Origin: Neoechinorhynchus agilis
Lineage: Eukaryota > Animalia > Acanthocephala
NCBI GenBank assembly: GCA_051530055.1
Contig: JBMGUZ010000021.1
Span: 1 to 38,203, forward strand
Length of the DNA: 38,203 bases
Reading direction: 5' to 3'
Both the position numbers and the translations under genes were made by a program. Shown here in pieces: positions 37,226 to 38,203 of the stretch. The first letter of the stretch is position 1, and each line of letters starts with the position of its first letter. A model generated the notes under the pieces. That model was not told where the DNA came from. It was given only the letters and a program-made list of their open reading frames with translations, and searched no databases.

Positions 37226-38203
37226 TTGTTAACAAATTATAAAACTTTAAGAATAATTAAGAGAAAGTGTCACATCGGATTATGCAAAAGCTTAGATTTA
37301 ACTCCAGTATTAAATTTTTCTTTAATTTCTAGTTCCCTCGGAGACTCAATGAGCCAATATCTTCATCGGGCATCGGTTTAGAACCGCTACTTACTGTTTG
37401 TTAGTAATGAACGCTTTAGGTGCCCTTTAGAAAGTTGTTCGATTTTTGCCCACTAAAGATGTTCAGGAAAGGAAACTTCTTGCAGTTTGCGTCTGACTGA
37501 TTTCCGGTATTTTTTCTTTGATCATTTCCGCGTATTGTTAACAAATTATAAAACTTTAAGAATAATTAAGAGAAAATGTCACATCGGATTATGCAAAAGC
37601 TTAGATTTAACTCCAGTATTAAATTTTTCTTTAATTTCTAGTTCCCTCGGAGACTCAATGAGCCAATATCTTCATCGGGCATCGGTTTAGAACCGCTACT
37701 TACTGTTTGTTAGTAATGAACGCTTTAGGTGCCCTTTAGAAAGTTGTTCGATTTTTGCCCACTAAAGATGTTCAGCAAAGGAAACTTCTTGCAGTTTGCG
37801 TCTAACTGATTTCAGGTATTTGTTCTTTGATCTTTTCCGCGTATTATTAACAAATTATAAAACTCTAAGAATAATTAAGAGAAAGTGTCACATCGGATTA
37901 TGCAAAAGCTTAGATTTAACTCCAGTATGAAATTTTTCTTTAATTTCTAGTTCCCTCGGAGACTCAATGAGCCAATATCTTCATCGGGCATCGGTTTAGA
38001 ACCGCTACTTACTGTTTGTTATTAATGAACGCTTTAGGTGCCCTTTAGAAAGTTGTTCGATTTTTGCCCACTAAAGATGTTCAGCAAAGGAAACTTCTTG
38101 CAGTTTGCGTCTAACTGATTTAAGGTATTTGTTCTTTGATCTTTTCCGCGTATTATTTACAAATTATAAAACTCTAAGAATAATTGAGAGAAAGTGTCAC
38201 ATC

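Larger units (their letters stand above)
1..38203. repeat. Tandem satellite array, 309-bp monomer, ~124 head-to-tail copies, single orientation
   Basis: caatgagcc recurs at 1, 310 and 619. ORF-track starts step by exactly 309 bp over long stretches (450, 759, 1068, 1377, 1686; 24200 to 33161). I found no non-repeat sequence and no inversion. The array runs off both ends of the window. Confidence 0.99.

Noticed and set aside
450-37690. About 60 copies of a 66-98 aa ORF (MRLTDFRY...HRASV) on the + strand
   Set aside because: It starts at TTG and resembles no protein family I know. Its variants are largely non-synonymous, a common allele (ccagtatgaa) creates a TGA, and frameshifts are frequent outside the core. 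Repetition reflects the satellite, not independent coding evidence.
1-38203. CRISPR-like repeat/spacer reading of conserved versus variable segments
   Set aside because: There are no unique spacers. Variable sites are a few shared point alleles in a 309-bp unit, and there are no cas genes.

Overview
The whole 38,203-bp window is one uninterrupted head-to-tail tandem array of an AT-rich 309-bp monomer: about 124 copies, about 35% GC by hand count, all in the same orientation. It reads as eukaryotic satellite DNA, possibly centromeric or pericentromeric. I do not recognise the family or the host. I see no gene, RNA gene, mobile element or CRISPR array, and the repeated 67-aa ORFs are by-products of the repeat. 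The interest lies in the array's internal architecture. (1) The 309-bp unit looks like an ancient dimer of ~152 and ~157-bp subunits. (2) The array is layered: a very homogeneous core (~14.5-33.4 kb) lies between two more divergent domains (~2-13.1 kb and ~33.5-37.2 kb) that share alleles missing from the core. (3) Multi-monomer blocks recur at offsets of 2, 3, 5, 6, 7, 16, 20, 24 and ~79 monomers, so there are local, incipient higher-order repeats rather than one regular HOR. (4) Variation is concentrated at fixed, reshuffled sites. All comparisons were made by eye. Domain and block boundaries are approximate (about +/-100-300 bp).
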